Source: Psilocybe cubensis (taxonomy: Eukaryota). From it: a stretch of 64,000 nt of DNA. The notes under the pieces are model-generated. The model had not been told where the DNA came from. It did not search any database and saw nothing but the letters and a program-made list of their open reading frames with translations. A program made the position numbers and the translations under genes. Numbering within the stretch: position 1 is the stretch's first letter; each line of letters starts with the position of its first letter. Below are positions 37,823 through 51,100 of the stretch, one piece after another. The stretch covers positions 930,001 through 994,000 of the forward strand of contig CM039007.1 of assembly GCA_017499595.2 (NCBI GenBank), given 5' to 3'.

Positions 37823-38577
37823 ATGGTCAAATCTACGAGCGGCACGGTCAAAGAACCTTTACGAAAAGAGCTCACAACATGCCAAAATTGTGGGAAATCA
37901 CGTCTTGAAGAGGGGATAGTTCTTTCGAAGTGTGCTGCCTGCAAAATAGCATTATACTGCGTGCGTAACGATATATATAACACTCAACGACACTGCATAT
38001 CTGATGGACAAGCATGAATTGTTAGAGTAAAGATTGTCAAAAGGCGGCATGGCCTGCGCATAAGACGACCTGCAAACTCAACCAAAACACACAGGCGATG
38101 ATAGCTGCCTTGGCGTCTCAGAGTCCAGCAGTGGCAGCTAAGGGGGATGTACTCAAGTCACTCCGTGCGTTCTGTAGCAAGCATCGACCCTCATTGGCGG
38201 AGTATGGGATTCGGTCAATGGATCTGTCTCTCGATCCTACTCGGAGCTTGCGCGATGTCGTCCTTATCAAAGTCAAGAGCGTGCCGAATGCGAGGCGTGC
38301 AGAGACATCATTCAAGGCGGTGGACGCAGAAGTAGTTTCAACAGACACATTCGGGTTCGCACAAGGGGAAGAACTTCGTGGTCAGCTCAAGGACTTCCAT
38401 AATCAACAAAAACGAATCGGGAAGCTTGGTGGAATAATGGTGATGGTTCTTGACGTAGACACGAATACGTCCAATGTTTGTCCAGTGGGATTCGGGAAGG
38501 ATGTCCTTAGATTGAAAGCAGGTCTGCCTTGGAAGGAGCCATTGATACGCACACTGAATAAGGGCATCGTTTACTGA
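37823..38577 (+). CDS. zf-MYND domain protein, paralog 4 (intact)
   Basis: CQNC...KCAACKIALYC|SKDCQKAAWPAHKTTC; intron 37961..38025 at the same YC|SK position as paralogs 1-3; ends WKEPLIRTLNKGIVY*. Confidence 0.9.
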
Positions 38578-39186
38578 TTGGTTTGGTTCGATCTAGCAGC
38601 ACATATGTATGACTGACGTTATGACTTTACGCCCAGTACTGATTCTGTACGAAATTTATTGTATCCATCAAACGAACAAATCCAATTGCTAACACCCATT
38701 GCATTATTTGAGATAGTCTGCGCGTATTCTCAGTCCTCAACATCATTGGAATCCACAACGGAAAATTCTTACAATACCGGCCTAATAAAGCTGAATAAAA
38801 ACAAAACTTGCATTGAGAAAAACATAATGAAGCAAGTACAAAGCTGAATGTATAATCGAACGACAAAGGTATGAGGTAGACTGAAGGTATCAAGTGGATA
38901 GAGTGAATAAAAAGCATACATTCCAATGATATGAAGCACAGATCCGGGAGTAGAACAAAGATAGATAACAGCACAGGGGGGTTCGTTACAAGTCGTGAAG
39001 GTCGTCAAAAAGAAAGAGCGGAAGTAAGACAAATTCGTGAAGTAAAATGTGGAAAGGCATAAAGGTAAGAATAAATGTTGGTAGGGTAAACTGAAAGCAA
39101 GTCCTTGTACTAGAAACACTAGGCGGAGGTGTTAGTCCGTCGTAACAATCGGAATGCTGAAGTTATCACACCAATAGATGTCAGAT

Positions 39187-42100
39187 TTAGACTTCAGTGG
39201 AGGTAGACGAAGCAACAATCAGGTCGGTGGCCTCAGCAGCATCTGCATGACCTTCTAAAAAGGTTAGTTAATAAGTTCAAAATGTTGTCCAGGACGAAAC
39301 TACATACCTTTGGGTTCATGTTGAGCGGACAGATCGACTTTCTCTGCATGTTGTTCGCCATCAATCACAACCACAGTGGTTTCGGGTCCAGCAGAAGGAA
39401 CTGGAAAAGAGTCGCACAGTTAAAACGTAAGTTGTTGAATAAAATAGTGTGGTTTGACGGACCTTCGATAATTGATGGTTGAGCATCAACATGGACTTTG
39501 CCATTACCAGATTCATCTGCCTCAGCAGCATTCTCAACAGGCGAGAGATCATCATGATCTATGAAAAAGGAGATCAGAGGCGGAATATCAAGATGAACAG
39601 ATATACACACCTTCTACAAGGTCTGAAACACTGGATCGCAACTCCAAATGGTGGCCATTACCATTGCCGTTGAGTACCTCCTCTTCTGCTTCCGATACCT
39701 TCGAGTCAACTTCCAGCGCAAGATCCTCTTCGTCTTCTCCAATGGATGAAATGACAGACTCGAGAGCGAACGGACCACTCGTGGCGAAAGACGCGTCGGG
39801 ATCCATTGTCGAAACATCTGTGATGGGGCTAACAAGATCTTCGAGTTCCTCTGGAGAAGTGGGATCAAGTGAATCTTCGTCGAAGAAGGCAGGCTCTGCA
39901 GCTATGATCGAAATCGCAGGCACTTGTTCAGTTTCGATAGCCGCCGGGTCTTCAGCTGGTGTGGAGTTGATGGTAATGTCAGCTTCTTCGACATCATCCT
40001 CAACCTTCAAGGCTTCAGGCACCTCAATGCTGGTTTCGACGAGAGACTCAGCAGCGGCAGGTTCGACAACGGCAGGTTCGACAGAGGCAGATTTGACAGC
40101 GGGTTCGACAGCGGCAGGTTCTACGGCGCTTTCGGGCGTTGATAAAATGGCATCAACATCAGCGGGTTCCTCTTTAGCTGGTTCTCCAGCTGAGGAAGAT
40201 GCTACCACCTCAGATGAAGAGGCCTCGCTGGCGACGGGAAGAGACATAGTTGGCTCTGGGACAGACTCAGAGGGTACTGATGCTTCGACAACAACTTGCT
40301 CAGTTTCGGGAGACGGTTCCGAAGACTCAGAGACAATGGCAGGGGATCCAGTGGTAACTGGCTCAGACGCCGAGCTTTCAGAAACAAGCGTTTCGGGTTC
40401 AACAGCGGGTGTCAAATTCTCTGTTTCAATATTTTCCTGGTCGTGCTGGTTGTCAGAAGCAACGGTGAGGGCCTCTGTCGAAAGAACTTCTTGTGCTGCA
40501 GGTTCTTCGGGTGCTACAGCATCGATGTTAACGGGAGCTGAATCTACAGTGCTGAGTGTGGGAACTTCAGTCGACTGAACGGGTTCCGCGACAGCAATCA
40601 AATGCGTAGAAGATTCAGCACTGGCTTCAGGTTCAGAGGACACATTCTCAACACGATCAAGGGAATGATGTTCCTCGGTTTCGGTCATTGCTGATTCCTG
40701 GGTGGCGGGTGGAGTAAGCTCGTCAGCTGCTAATTCAGACGATGAAGGTTCTTGCACAGAAACTAAAGGTTCGGTGCCAAGATCGGATGTTGCTGATTCC
40801 TCAACAGTGGGAATGATTTCGGCAATGTCATTCTGAGGCAGGGATGATTCGGATATGGGCTCCGAGATTACTGGAGGGACATCGATAGTTGAAACGCCCG
40901 TGTCAGTGTTAGATGTAGCATCCGTCGATTGAACAGTTGATTCATTAAGTTCATCGAGCGTGGAGGGCTGAGGGAGAGTTTCAGCGAAAGATGGAGTCTC
41001 TGGTTGAACAGCAGGCGAGGTGTCGTCAGATTCTTCAAGGACAACAGGAACGGGTTCCTCAGCAACAGTTTCTTCCGCCACAGGGTCAGGAACGGCTGGT
41101 TCGACAGCAGGAGCAGGAGGCTCAGGAGTGTGTTCAATAGTTCTTTCCACTGAATGTGATATCACCACGTCTGAAACCTCTGCGGGAGAATTAGCAACGT
41201 CGATGTCGGCAGTTGATACAACCTGGTCAACTTCAGATATGAGTGACACTTCTTCAATCACGGGAGGAGCTGATGTTTGGACTTCGAAGGCTTGAGCAGC
41301 CGGATTCGACTCGCTATCGACGACCGTATCATCTAGCGCATTTGCGTGCGCAGGCTTGACCTCATGACTGGATTCGACTGTGGCGGGAGCTTCGACAACA
41401 ATTTCAGCGCTTGGAGGCGTAACGTCGGTTGTCGACGTGTCAGTAGCTACAAGAGATTCGTCTGCTTTCTCAAGGGGTGTTTCTGCAGCGGCGGGGGAAC
41501 TTCCTTCCTCGTTCAAGGTATTGTCGCCTACAGATTTTTCTTCTATCCATAGATATTCAGTATTACACGTTAAGAAAGCGTCAATAAACCATACCACCAA
41601 TATTAACCACCTCAGCTGTTGATACGGCCTGCTCATCTTCACGTACTGAAACCATAGTTAGAATAATCACTTTAACGAGTTAATTTGGGATATATCAAAA
41701 AGTTTCTGCTCACCATCATCGATACGCTCTCTAGAGTTCTCCACAGCATCCTTCAAGTCCGGCTCAGATATACTCAAGGCGACATGTGGGGCAGGAGTTG
41801 ACCCAGAAAGAATGGTAGGATCTTGGACTAGATGACTCTCGTGATCATAAAGGGACGAACTTTCTTCGTGTACTATCGGGAGCTCATTGATAGGAGCATC
41901 CTCGATGAGGATGGTAGTGTGAGTTGAGTCGTCGGGGACGACTGGGACCACGTTCACATCAACGAGTGGTACAGGGGGGAGATCGACCAATGCTTCTGTG
42001 CGTGAATCTTCCGGAACAATGATGGATTCTGTTGTGGGCACACTGGACACAATATTGAGAATTTCTGCTTGTCCTTCAGAGGGCTGAGCATCTCGAGCAA

Positions 42101-45100
42101 TTGCTTCTGTAGGAGGATTATCTGAGTCTGTGAGATTTTGTTCAACAAAAAGAGAAGCATCTTGTGTGGCTTCTACTGGATCCACGGGCAGCAGGTTGAG
42201 AGTAGGGTCATTCACGACATCATCGCTTTGTTCTTGTTCTTGGTGAGCAGGGAGCTCGGCTGTTTCCGGGGTGTTCTGTAACGACACTTCATGAATATCA
42301 GACGAATAACAGAAAATACTGAGCTGACCTCTACAGGACCTTTCGACTCCTCAATCTGTTCAACGACAGGCGTGCCTTCACTGGCTTCTGTGATGACTGG
42401 TGTCTCCAACACTGGTTTGCACTCGACGATACCAATCTCCTCAATGACAGGAGTTTCCTCGACGGCTAGGGTCTCCTCATTGGCTTCATCGATGCCAGAT
42501 GTTTCTTCGACGGCAGACTTTTCTTCGATAGCGGGAGTGACCTCAAGAACATTTCCTTCACCAATAGGCGTATTATCAACAGCTTGCTCGATGACATGCT
42601 GCTCACCGACAGCAGGAGTATCCTCAAAAACAGGAGTTTTGTCAACAGTTTTGTGGACGGCAGAGGTATCTTCAGCGACAGTGGAATCTTCATTGGCAGG
42701 AGGCTCCTCGATGGGTGGCGTCTCCTCATTGGCTAGAGTTTCAGCACCTGGCGCCTCCTCAACAACTAACAGTTCTCCAATGGCAGGAGTTTCCTTGGCT
42801 AGCGTCCCAACCAATGGTGTCTCCCCGATAACTGTTGTCTCCTCGGTAGCAGGCGTCTCCTCAATGGCAGGAGTGTACTCAACCGCAGACATATCCGAGA
42901 CGACAGGAGTCTCTTCGACGGCAGCAGGCATGTCCTCAATAGTAGAGCTCTCATCAACAGCTATCGTTTGTGCGATGACGGGAGTCTCTTCAACAGCAGG
43001 AGGATCCGAGACTACAGCAGTGTCCTCAACAGCAGGCATATCCGAGGTGACAAATACCTCTTTCACGGCAGAGGCCTCCTCAACAACATGCGTATCTGAG
43101 ACGGTAGGAGTGTCCTCAACAGTAGGTGGCATATCCAAGACGGCAGGTGTCTCCTGAACGGTAAGTGTCTTCTCAATGGCGGGCGTCTCCTCAACAGCAG
43201 CGGTGTCCTCAACAGCAGGCATCTCCAGAACAGCAGGCATCTCTAGAACAACAGGCGTCTCCTCAACAGTAGGTGTTTCCTCCACAACAGACGTCTCCTC
43301 AGCAGCAGGCGTATCCGAGGCGGCAGATGTCTCCTCAACGTCAAGTGTCTCTTCAACTACAGGAATGTCCTCTGCAGGTGTTTCCTCAACGGCAGGTCTC
43401 TCATGGACTGCAGAGGTTTCTTCAACAGCAATTGTCTTTGTCTCCTCAACAGCAGGAGTCGGTGCGTCCTCAACAGCAGGCGTCTCCTCAGTAACAAGAG
43501 TCTCCTCGACGGTAGATATCTCCTCAACAGGAGGGGTCCCCTCGACAGTAAATGACTCCTCAGCAAGATGCGTATCGGACGCGGCAGATGTCTCTTCCAC
43601 GGCAGGTGTCTCCTGGACTACAGGCGTTTCCTCAACGGCAATTGTCTCCTCGACTGCAGGCATCTCCTCGACTGCAGACTTCTCCTCAACTGTAGGTGTC
43701 TCCTCGATAGCAGGCTCCTCCTCAATGGCAGATGTCTCCTCAACAGCGGTTGTCTCCTCCACGGCGGGTGTCTCCTCCACTGCGGGTATCTCCTCGACTG
43801 CAGACTTCTCCTCAACTGCAGGTGTCTCCTCGATAACAGGCTTCTCCTCCACGGCAGGTGTCTCCTGGACTGCAGGCGTTTCCTCAACGGCATTTGTCTC
43901 CTCGACAGCAGGCATCTCCTCGACTGCAGACTTCTCCTCAACTGCAGGCATCTCCTCGACTGCAGACTTCTCCTCAACTGCAGGTGTCTCCTCGATAGCA
44001 GGCTCCTCCTCAATGGCAGATGTCTCCTCAACGGCGGGTGTCTCCTCAACGGCGGGTGTCTCCTCAACGGCGGGTGTCTCCTCAACGGCGGGTGTATCCT
44101 CAATGGCAGATGTCTCCTCCACTGTGGGTGTCTCCTCAACTGCAGGTGTCTCCTCAATGGCGGATGTCTCCTCCACTGTGGGTGTCTCCTCAACTGCAGG
44201 TGTCTCCTCAATGGCGGATGTCTCCTCCACTGTGGGTGTCTCCTCAACTGCAGGTGTCTCCTCAATGGCGGATGTCTCCTCCACTGTGGGTGTCTCCTCA
44301 ACTGCAGGTGTCTCCTCAACCGACTTCTCCTCAACTGCAGGTGTCTCCTCGATAACAGGCTCCTCCTCAATGACAGATGTCTCCTCAACGGCGGGTGTCT
44401 CCTCAACGGCGGGTGTCTCCTCAACGGCAGGTGTCTCCTGGACTGCAGGCGTTTCCTCAACGACATTTGTCTCCTCGACAGCAGGCATCTCCTCGACTGC
44501 AGACTTCTCCTCAACTGCAGGAGTTTGCTCGACAGCAGGCTTCTCCTCAATGGCAAATGTCTCTTCGACGGCAGAGGTCTCCTCGATGGTAAAGGTCTCC
44601 TCGACTGCAGGCGTTTCCTCGATTACGGGCGTATCGGTGGCGGCAGATATCTCCTCGACGGTAGAAGTCTCCTCAACGGCAAGAATTTCCTTAACTGCAG
44701 GTGTCTCTTCAAGTGCAGGCGTATCCTCAACTCCATGCCTATCATCAACAGCAGGTGTATCGTCAACAACAGGTGGCGTATCCGAGGCGGCAGTTGTTTC
44801 CTCAATAGCAAGCCCAGAAACAGGAGTCTCCTCAACGGTAGATACATCCTTAACAGCAGGAGTCTCCTCAATTGCAAGGGTCTCCTCAACAACATGAGTC
44901 TCCTCAACAGTAGGTGTCTCCTCAACAACATGAGTCTCCTCAACAGTAGGTGTCTCCTCAACAGCAAGTGTCTCCTCAACTGCAGGTGTCTCAATAGCAT
45001 GAATCTCCTCGAGGGTAGCTCTCTCCTTAACATCAGAAGTCTCCTCGACTGTAGAGGCCTCCTCAATGGCAGGGATGTCCTCAACCACAGGTGTCTCCTT

Positions 45101-48100
45101 AACTCCAGGCGTATCCTCAACTCCAGGCGTATCCAGAGCAGCAGATGTCTCCTCAACTACAGGTATCTCCTCAACAGCAGGCGTATTGGCAGGGGTGTCT
45201 TCAATAGCAGGTGCGTCCTCAACAGTAGGCGTCTCCTCAGCAACAAGAATCTCCTCGACGGTAGACGCCTCCTCAACTGCAGGTGTTTCTTCAACAGCGG
45301 GTGCATCCTCAACAATATGCGTCTCCTCCACAGCAGGCGGAATGCCCTCAACAGAAGGTGTATCAGCGACGGTAGGTGTCTCCACAATGGCAGCTGTCTC
45401 CTTTTCCGCAGGTGTCTCCTCTTCAGCAGGCGTATCCTCAACAACAGCAGTTTCCGCAACAGAGGGCGTATCCACGACGGTAGGAATGTCCTCAACAACA
45501 GGAGCGAAAGGCGTTTCTGCAATAGTAGGAGTGTCTTCAACAGGAGGCGTATCCGAGACAACCGGGCAGTCCTCAACAGCTGGCGTATCAGCATGGGAAG
45601 ATAACTCATCAACTGCAGGACTGCCCTCAACAGCAGGTGTATCCAAGACGGCAGGATTTTCTTCAAGGATGGGAGTCTCCTCGAAGGCAGGTGCCTTCTC
45701 GATAGCTGGCGTCTCTTTAATGGCTATTGTCGTATCCAATGGCATCTCCTCCAAGTCAACGGCCGGTGCCTCCTCGATGGCAAATGTTTCCTCAACAGCT
45801 GGTGCCTTTTCAATGGCTTCCTCAACAGCAGGTATCTCCTCAATGACATGTGTATCATTAACGGCGGGAGTTTCTTCAGTGACCAGAGTCTCCTCCACGC
45901 CAGAACTCTCCTCGATGGCTGGCATGCCCTCGATAACAGGATTTTCCTGCTCAATCGGCGAAGTCTTTTCAATCAACAAGGTCTCTTCGATGGGTGACGT
46001 CTCTATGACTGTTGGAAAGTCTTCTGTAGGACCTGAAGCCTCCTTCGATATATATTCCGCTGACGGCCCAGGGAATGGAGTGACTTTCGCAACAGGAGTT
46101 GCAAGTTCTTCTGACTGGACGACATCGACAACCAGGTCGGACTCCGCGATCGGAGCAACATGAGCTTCAGTTACATTGCCTTTGGAATGGACATTTTGGA
46201 CAACCTCCGAAACCTGTGAATCCTCCACAGGAGACACTTTAGCGATAGTTGGAAGCTATGCGCGGTGTTAGCTATGCGCAAAACACCATGAACAGAGAAA
46301 ACTCACGTCGACATTTGATTCAGTAATTTCAGCAGAATCACTTCCTAAAATGTCTTCAACATTTGGAGTATCAGCAATGGCCTCCACAGCATTATCCTGA
46401 GGAACAATGAGATCAGAAGTAGCAGGTTCCTCGGCAGCGGCACCACTATCAGCCGCTATGCCTTGAGGCGGGAATTCTTCACTAGCTGTAGCATTGTTTA
46501 CTGGTGCCTCCAAAGTTGGCGCTGAAACCTCCACGGCTGATAGCTGATCGTCATGAGTGGCGTCTTTGAATTGACTATCAGCAACTGGCTCTGAGACATC
46601 AGTAGTAAGTGCTTCATTATCCTGTATATAGTCGTCAATAATTGATATCGAAGATAATTCCACGACGACAGGTACCTCGTCTTCCACTGCAGCCTCTTTC
46701 TTATCAACCACAATCGTCGCTTGCTCGGTGGCCAGGCTTTTCTCCTCGACAACAACATTTTCATCCTCAGCAACAGATATTTTCCCTTCGACAATAGGTG
46801 TTTCCTCCTCGACAACTGGCTCGCCCTTTTCGAAATGCAAAGTGTGGTCCAATTGTTCCTCCACACGAGCTGGCTCGATATCTTCCTGCTCGACAGCAGC
46901 AACGTCCTCCTCGGCGCTCAGTTCATCCACATCAACAGCTGGCGTTTCCTCCACGAATGGTGATTCGTCTTTGGCAATTTGTTGCTCCTTCTCAGTAACC
47001 TGTGATACCTCAATATGTGTCTGCGATGACTCGATGACAGCGGGGGATGTTTCGATAACGGAAGTTGGCGCTTCGAGAATACCTGCAGACACAAATGGTG
47101 TTGCATCTTCGGTATTCAAGGTTGCTTCGTCATTGGCCGCGGGTACTTCAACATGTGGTGTTTCGACCTCATCTTGTCCCTCCACAACGTCTGTAAGATG
47201 TTCTTGTGCAACTGCCTCGTCGACAGGCTCTTTGGGCACTGCAGCAACAGATTCGTGTAGTGCTACGATAGGGGGTATCACGGCTTCAGGGATTGGTTCT
47301 TGATCTTCGACATCGCCGACAGGTTCTTCAGAGACTTGCTCGTGCACCTCGACAGCTGGTGATTCAACTTCCGCAATGAGTGTTTGGGGTTCGGCGACCG
47401 CAGAGGTATCTTGTGATTTAGTCTCCTCAACGGCACTAACATTCTGAAGTTCGCCATTAACGATAGGTGTTATTTCGGTAGCCGGAGGTTCAATCTGCTG
47501 TATAGAAACACTGGCTTCAGTAACTGACACTCGCACTGAAGCTTTTGTGACTGATACCTCAGGTTCCGCGGCAGGAGCCTCAACGATAGGAGCCTGATAA
47601 TCCGCTTTGAAGGGTTGTAATTCAACCCCATCGTCCTGGTGTTCAGCAACAGGGGGTTGGTCTGATTCAGGGATATATTCAGTAGCTAGAGATCTATCCA
47701 CTTGATCATCAAGTTCAGCTGTAACTGGAATATCAGAAATTGGAACCTGGGACAGGTTTTCAGGTTTAGAAGCATCCGAAACTTCGGCAACTGGGGTTAG
47801 GATATCTGTAGCTGGCACTTCGGGTTCGACAGCTTCCGAGACTGGAGAAGACGCCTCGACAGCAGGAGGAATTTCTGCATTTGAAGGGAGGTCGCCAACC
47901 TCAGCAACAGGAGCAGGGGTTGGAGCATCAGCATCTAAAGCTTGAGGTTCGGAAACTAAAATATCAGCAACAACGGTCGACTCCTTGGCCACCGTTACTG
48001 GTGTCTCAGCGGAGTACATAGACTGGCTGTCGACTGGAAGTGGGGGCACCTACGTGCAGAATTAATACTATGAAAAATAATGTAATCGTGTAAACACTCA

Positions 48101-51100
48101 CATCGTCAACATTTGGTTTAATATTTTCAGCAATCTCGGCATCCGATACCTCTTGTTGTTTATCTTCAACGTCGGGGACAACAGCATCCACTTGTACAGG
48201 CTCGGAAACAACATCCTCCCTGGTTTGGTCAAGTTGAATTGAAGTCGGTTCCTCCAGGGAGGGCGTTTCATCGGTCACATCGACTGCAACTTCCGACGGT
48301 ACAGGGGCTGGTTCAGCCAAGAGATTGTGTTCTGCGACGTGATCAGGCTGAACTTCATCTCCAGAGTGATCAGCGGGATTGACTTCGAAGGATGATTCCT
48401 CCAGAATATCGGAGGATGCATGCTCCAGTACCTCCGCCTCTTCTGCATTGAGTTCGTCGTCGAGCGGAGGAATGGCATTCAAAACCTGAGAAGGAACAAT
48501 CTCCTCAACCGGAATGATGACTTCTGTCGGCTCGGAATCTGCAGAAGCTTCGGGTTCGGTATCAGAGGCGATCTTGTCGATGGTGACCCACGAATCAGGC
48601 TCCGCAGATGGGGTCTCAGAAAGAGCTTGAGTAGCCTCGGGTTCATTTTGCTGAGCTATAGCTTGCTCAACGATGGGTGCGGCTTGAGCCTCGGCGATGG
48701 CTTCTTCCAACGTGACTGATTGAGATTCCTGTTCATGTTCAGAAACAGTTGAGGTGCCGATTTCGACAGGAACCGAAGACGGGTCAGCGAGGGTTACAGA
48801 ATCTTCCTCAGCAGTTTGAATAACGGTTGACAGTGTTGGAACATCCACCGTTTGAACAACCTCTGGTACCTCTACATCAGTGCCTGAAACTGAATGCTCC
48901 GCAACAGGCTCCTCAGCATGGGTTGCAAGAGGCTCGGCATCCTGGATGTGGTCCTCAATCACTGGTGTTGGTGGCGCCTCCACGATAGGAATATTCTCGA
49001 TGACGGGCGCCGTTTCTTCAACCACAGGGGTTTCTCTTTCCACAACGGCCGGTGTTTCCTCCAGAACAACTGGTGATTCCTCAATCACTGGTACTTTCTC
49101 TCCGGCAGCCGGAGTTTCCTCAACAACAGGTGATTCCTCGATTACTGGTGCAACCTCGTCAAGAGCTGATTTCTCCTCCACTGCAACAGAAATGACGGGC
49201 GCTTCTTCGACGACCGGTGCCTCCTCGACCAGTTGTGCTTCCTCGACCACTGATGCTTCCTCAACCACTGATGCTTCCTCGACTACTGCGGCTTCCTCGA
49301 TTATTGGTGCTTTCTCAACAGCAGCCGGTGTTTCCTCAACGTCAACTACAGGTGTTTCTTCCTCCTTAACGTCTGGTTCCTTCTCAACTGCTGGCGCCTC
49401 CTCCACGACTACTGGTGCTTCCTCCTTGACCACTGGTGATTCCTCGACCACTGGTACTTCCTCGACCGCCAGTGCTTTCTCCTCGACGGCTGGTGTTCCC
49501 TCAACAACTGGCGCTTCCTCCTCGACGACAGGTGTGTCCTCCACAATGGCAGATTTCTCCTCTACTGCACCGGAACTTGCCTCGTCAACAATCGCTTCTT
49601 CCTCTACACGAGCTTCCCCATGTTCCTCGACAATCTTTTGCTCAGCAACCGGTTCTTCTTCCACCACAACTTCCTCCTCAACGACTGGCTGTGCATCCTC
49701 GACAGCTGGGGGTTCTGGCGATGCTAGTTCGGTGGTTTCTTGCTCCTTATCCGTAACCCGTGGTTCTTCCTCAATGCTCTCCTGCGCGGCGTCAACATCA
49801 ACTGAGGGAGTTTCGGTAATCGAGGTTGGCGCCTCGGTAAGATCTGCTGCCTCAACAGGCGCAAATTCTTCAACATTCGACGTGGCGACTTCGTCAACGA
49901 CGGCAGCGGTTTCAGTTGTCGTAGATGGCAATTCGTCAACAGCGACGGGCGCTCCAACAACGGGCGATTCGAGTTCGTTTGATTCAACCACTACCTCTGC
50001 AACCTCGGCAGGGTCTTCTTCCACAGGTTCCTCAACGGCAGGTTCGTCCACAACGGCAGGAGCTGTGGCAACAGGTTCTTCGGCCGCAGTAGCAGGCGGC
50101 ACAGACTCGATGACTGGCTCTTGAACTTCCAATACTACTGCACTTACACGCTCTTCAGAGATTTGCTCAAGTGCTGGAACTTCTGTTTCCACGTCTGTGG
50201 CGACTGGAACAACGAAGTCATCTCGAGCTTCGGGCACGACAAGGTCAGCGTCTACAGCAGGAGCAACAGCCTCAGCTGTTGGAACTTCAGGTTCCGGTGC
50301 AGATTCGTCCGCTTCAGCAACAACCACCGCAGATGGCGCATCAGCAACTGCAACTTGAGATTCATAGATCGGAACTTCAGATACAGTTGCATTATCGTCA
50401 GTCGATGCATCTTGTGTAAGCACTTCTTCGACAACGGGGGCTTGAGGTTCCGTAGAAGTGAGTTCTGGTTCCACAGTTGTTTCCTGAGCCTCGGACACAG
50501 AGGACACATCCGTCGAGGGTTGCTGTTCGGAGACGGGGGCTTGGATCTCTTCAACTGCAGCTTCATGTTTAGCTTCAACGGGTGCTTCAAGAACAGGGGC
50601 CTCGACTTCCGTTGCAAGAACTTCGGGTTCAGAGATAGCAGGAGCCTCAGTGACAGGAGGAGAGACTTCTGCAGCTGGTGCTTCGGATTCTGCAACTGCA
50701 GCAGGAGTCTCGCTGACTGGTGCAGGCTCCTCAACAGCTGGTGCTGGTGCTTCGGATTCTGCAACTGCAGCAGGAGTCTCGCTGACGGTGGCAGGTTCCT
50801 CAACAGCTGGCGCTGGTGCCTCTGCCTGAGTTTCGACAGCTGGCTCCGGAACCTCAGCGGCAGGGGCAGCAGCTTTAGCAGTAGCAGCTCCAGCGATTGC
50901 AGCTGTAATCGCTGCTCCAGCCGCAATAGCAGCCGTCTCGAGGTCTGGCGTGTCGGTCGTATCAGCAGGCTGCTTCGCGGCCTCGACAGGTTTCTCGATA
51001 GGCTTCTGCGCCTTCTCCGCTTTGGACGACTTGGACTTGGACGGCGCAGCCTTCAGCTGCACAACCTCCTGCTTAGCCTGCTCGGCAGGCTCCTCGATAA

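Noticed and set aside
43590-44530. Regular short repeats resembling a CRISPR array
   Set aside because: Units are contiguous with no unique spacers, they are codon-phased, no cas genes are present, and the DNA is eukaryotic.
43568-45604. 678-aa Cys/Leu-rich + strand ORF (RCLLN repeats) and other long antisense or alternate-frame ORFs (GVSSTA, LRRHP repeats)
   Set aside because: Shadows of the 18-bp EETPAV minisatellite: a stop-free repeat unit leaves several frames open. Splice sites and the domain-bearing head support only the minus-strand acidic frame.
42212-46237. Repeat protein as a KEX2-processed or RiPP (dikaritin-type) precursor
   Set aside because: No signal peptide, no KR/RR cleavage sites between repeats, no DUF3328-like neighbour, and it is an internal exon of a larger gene.
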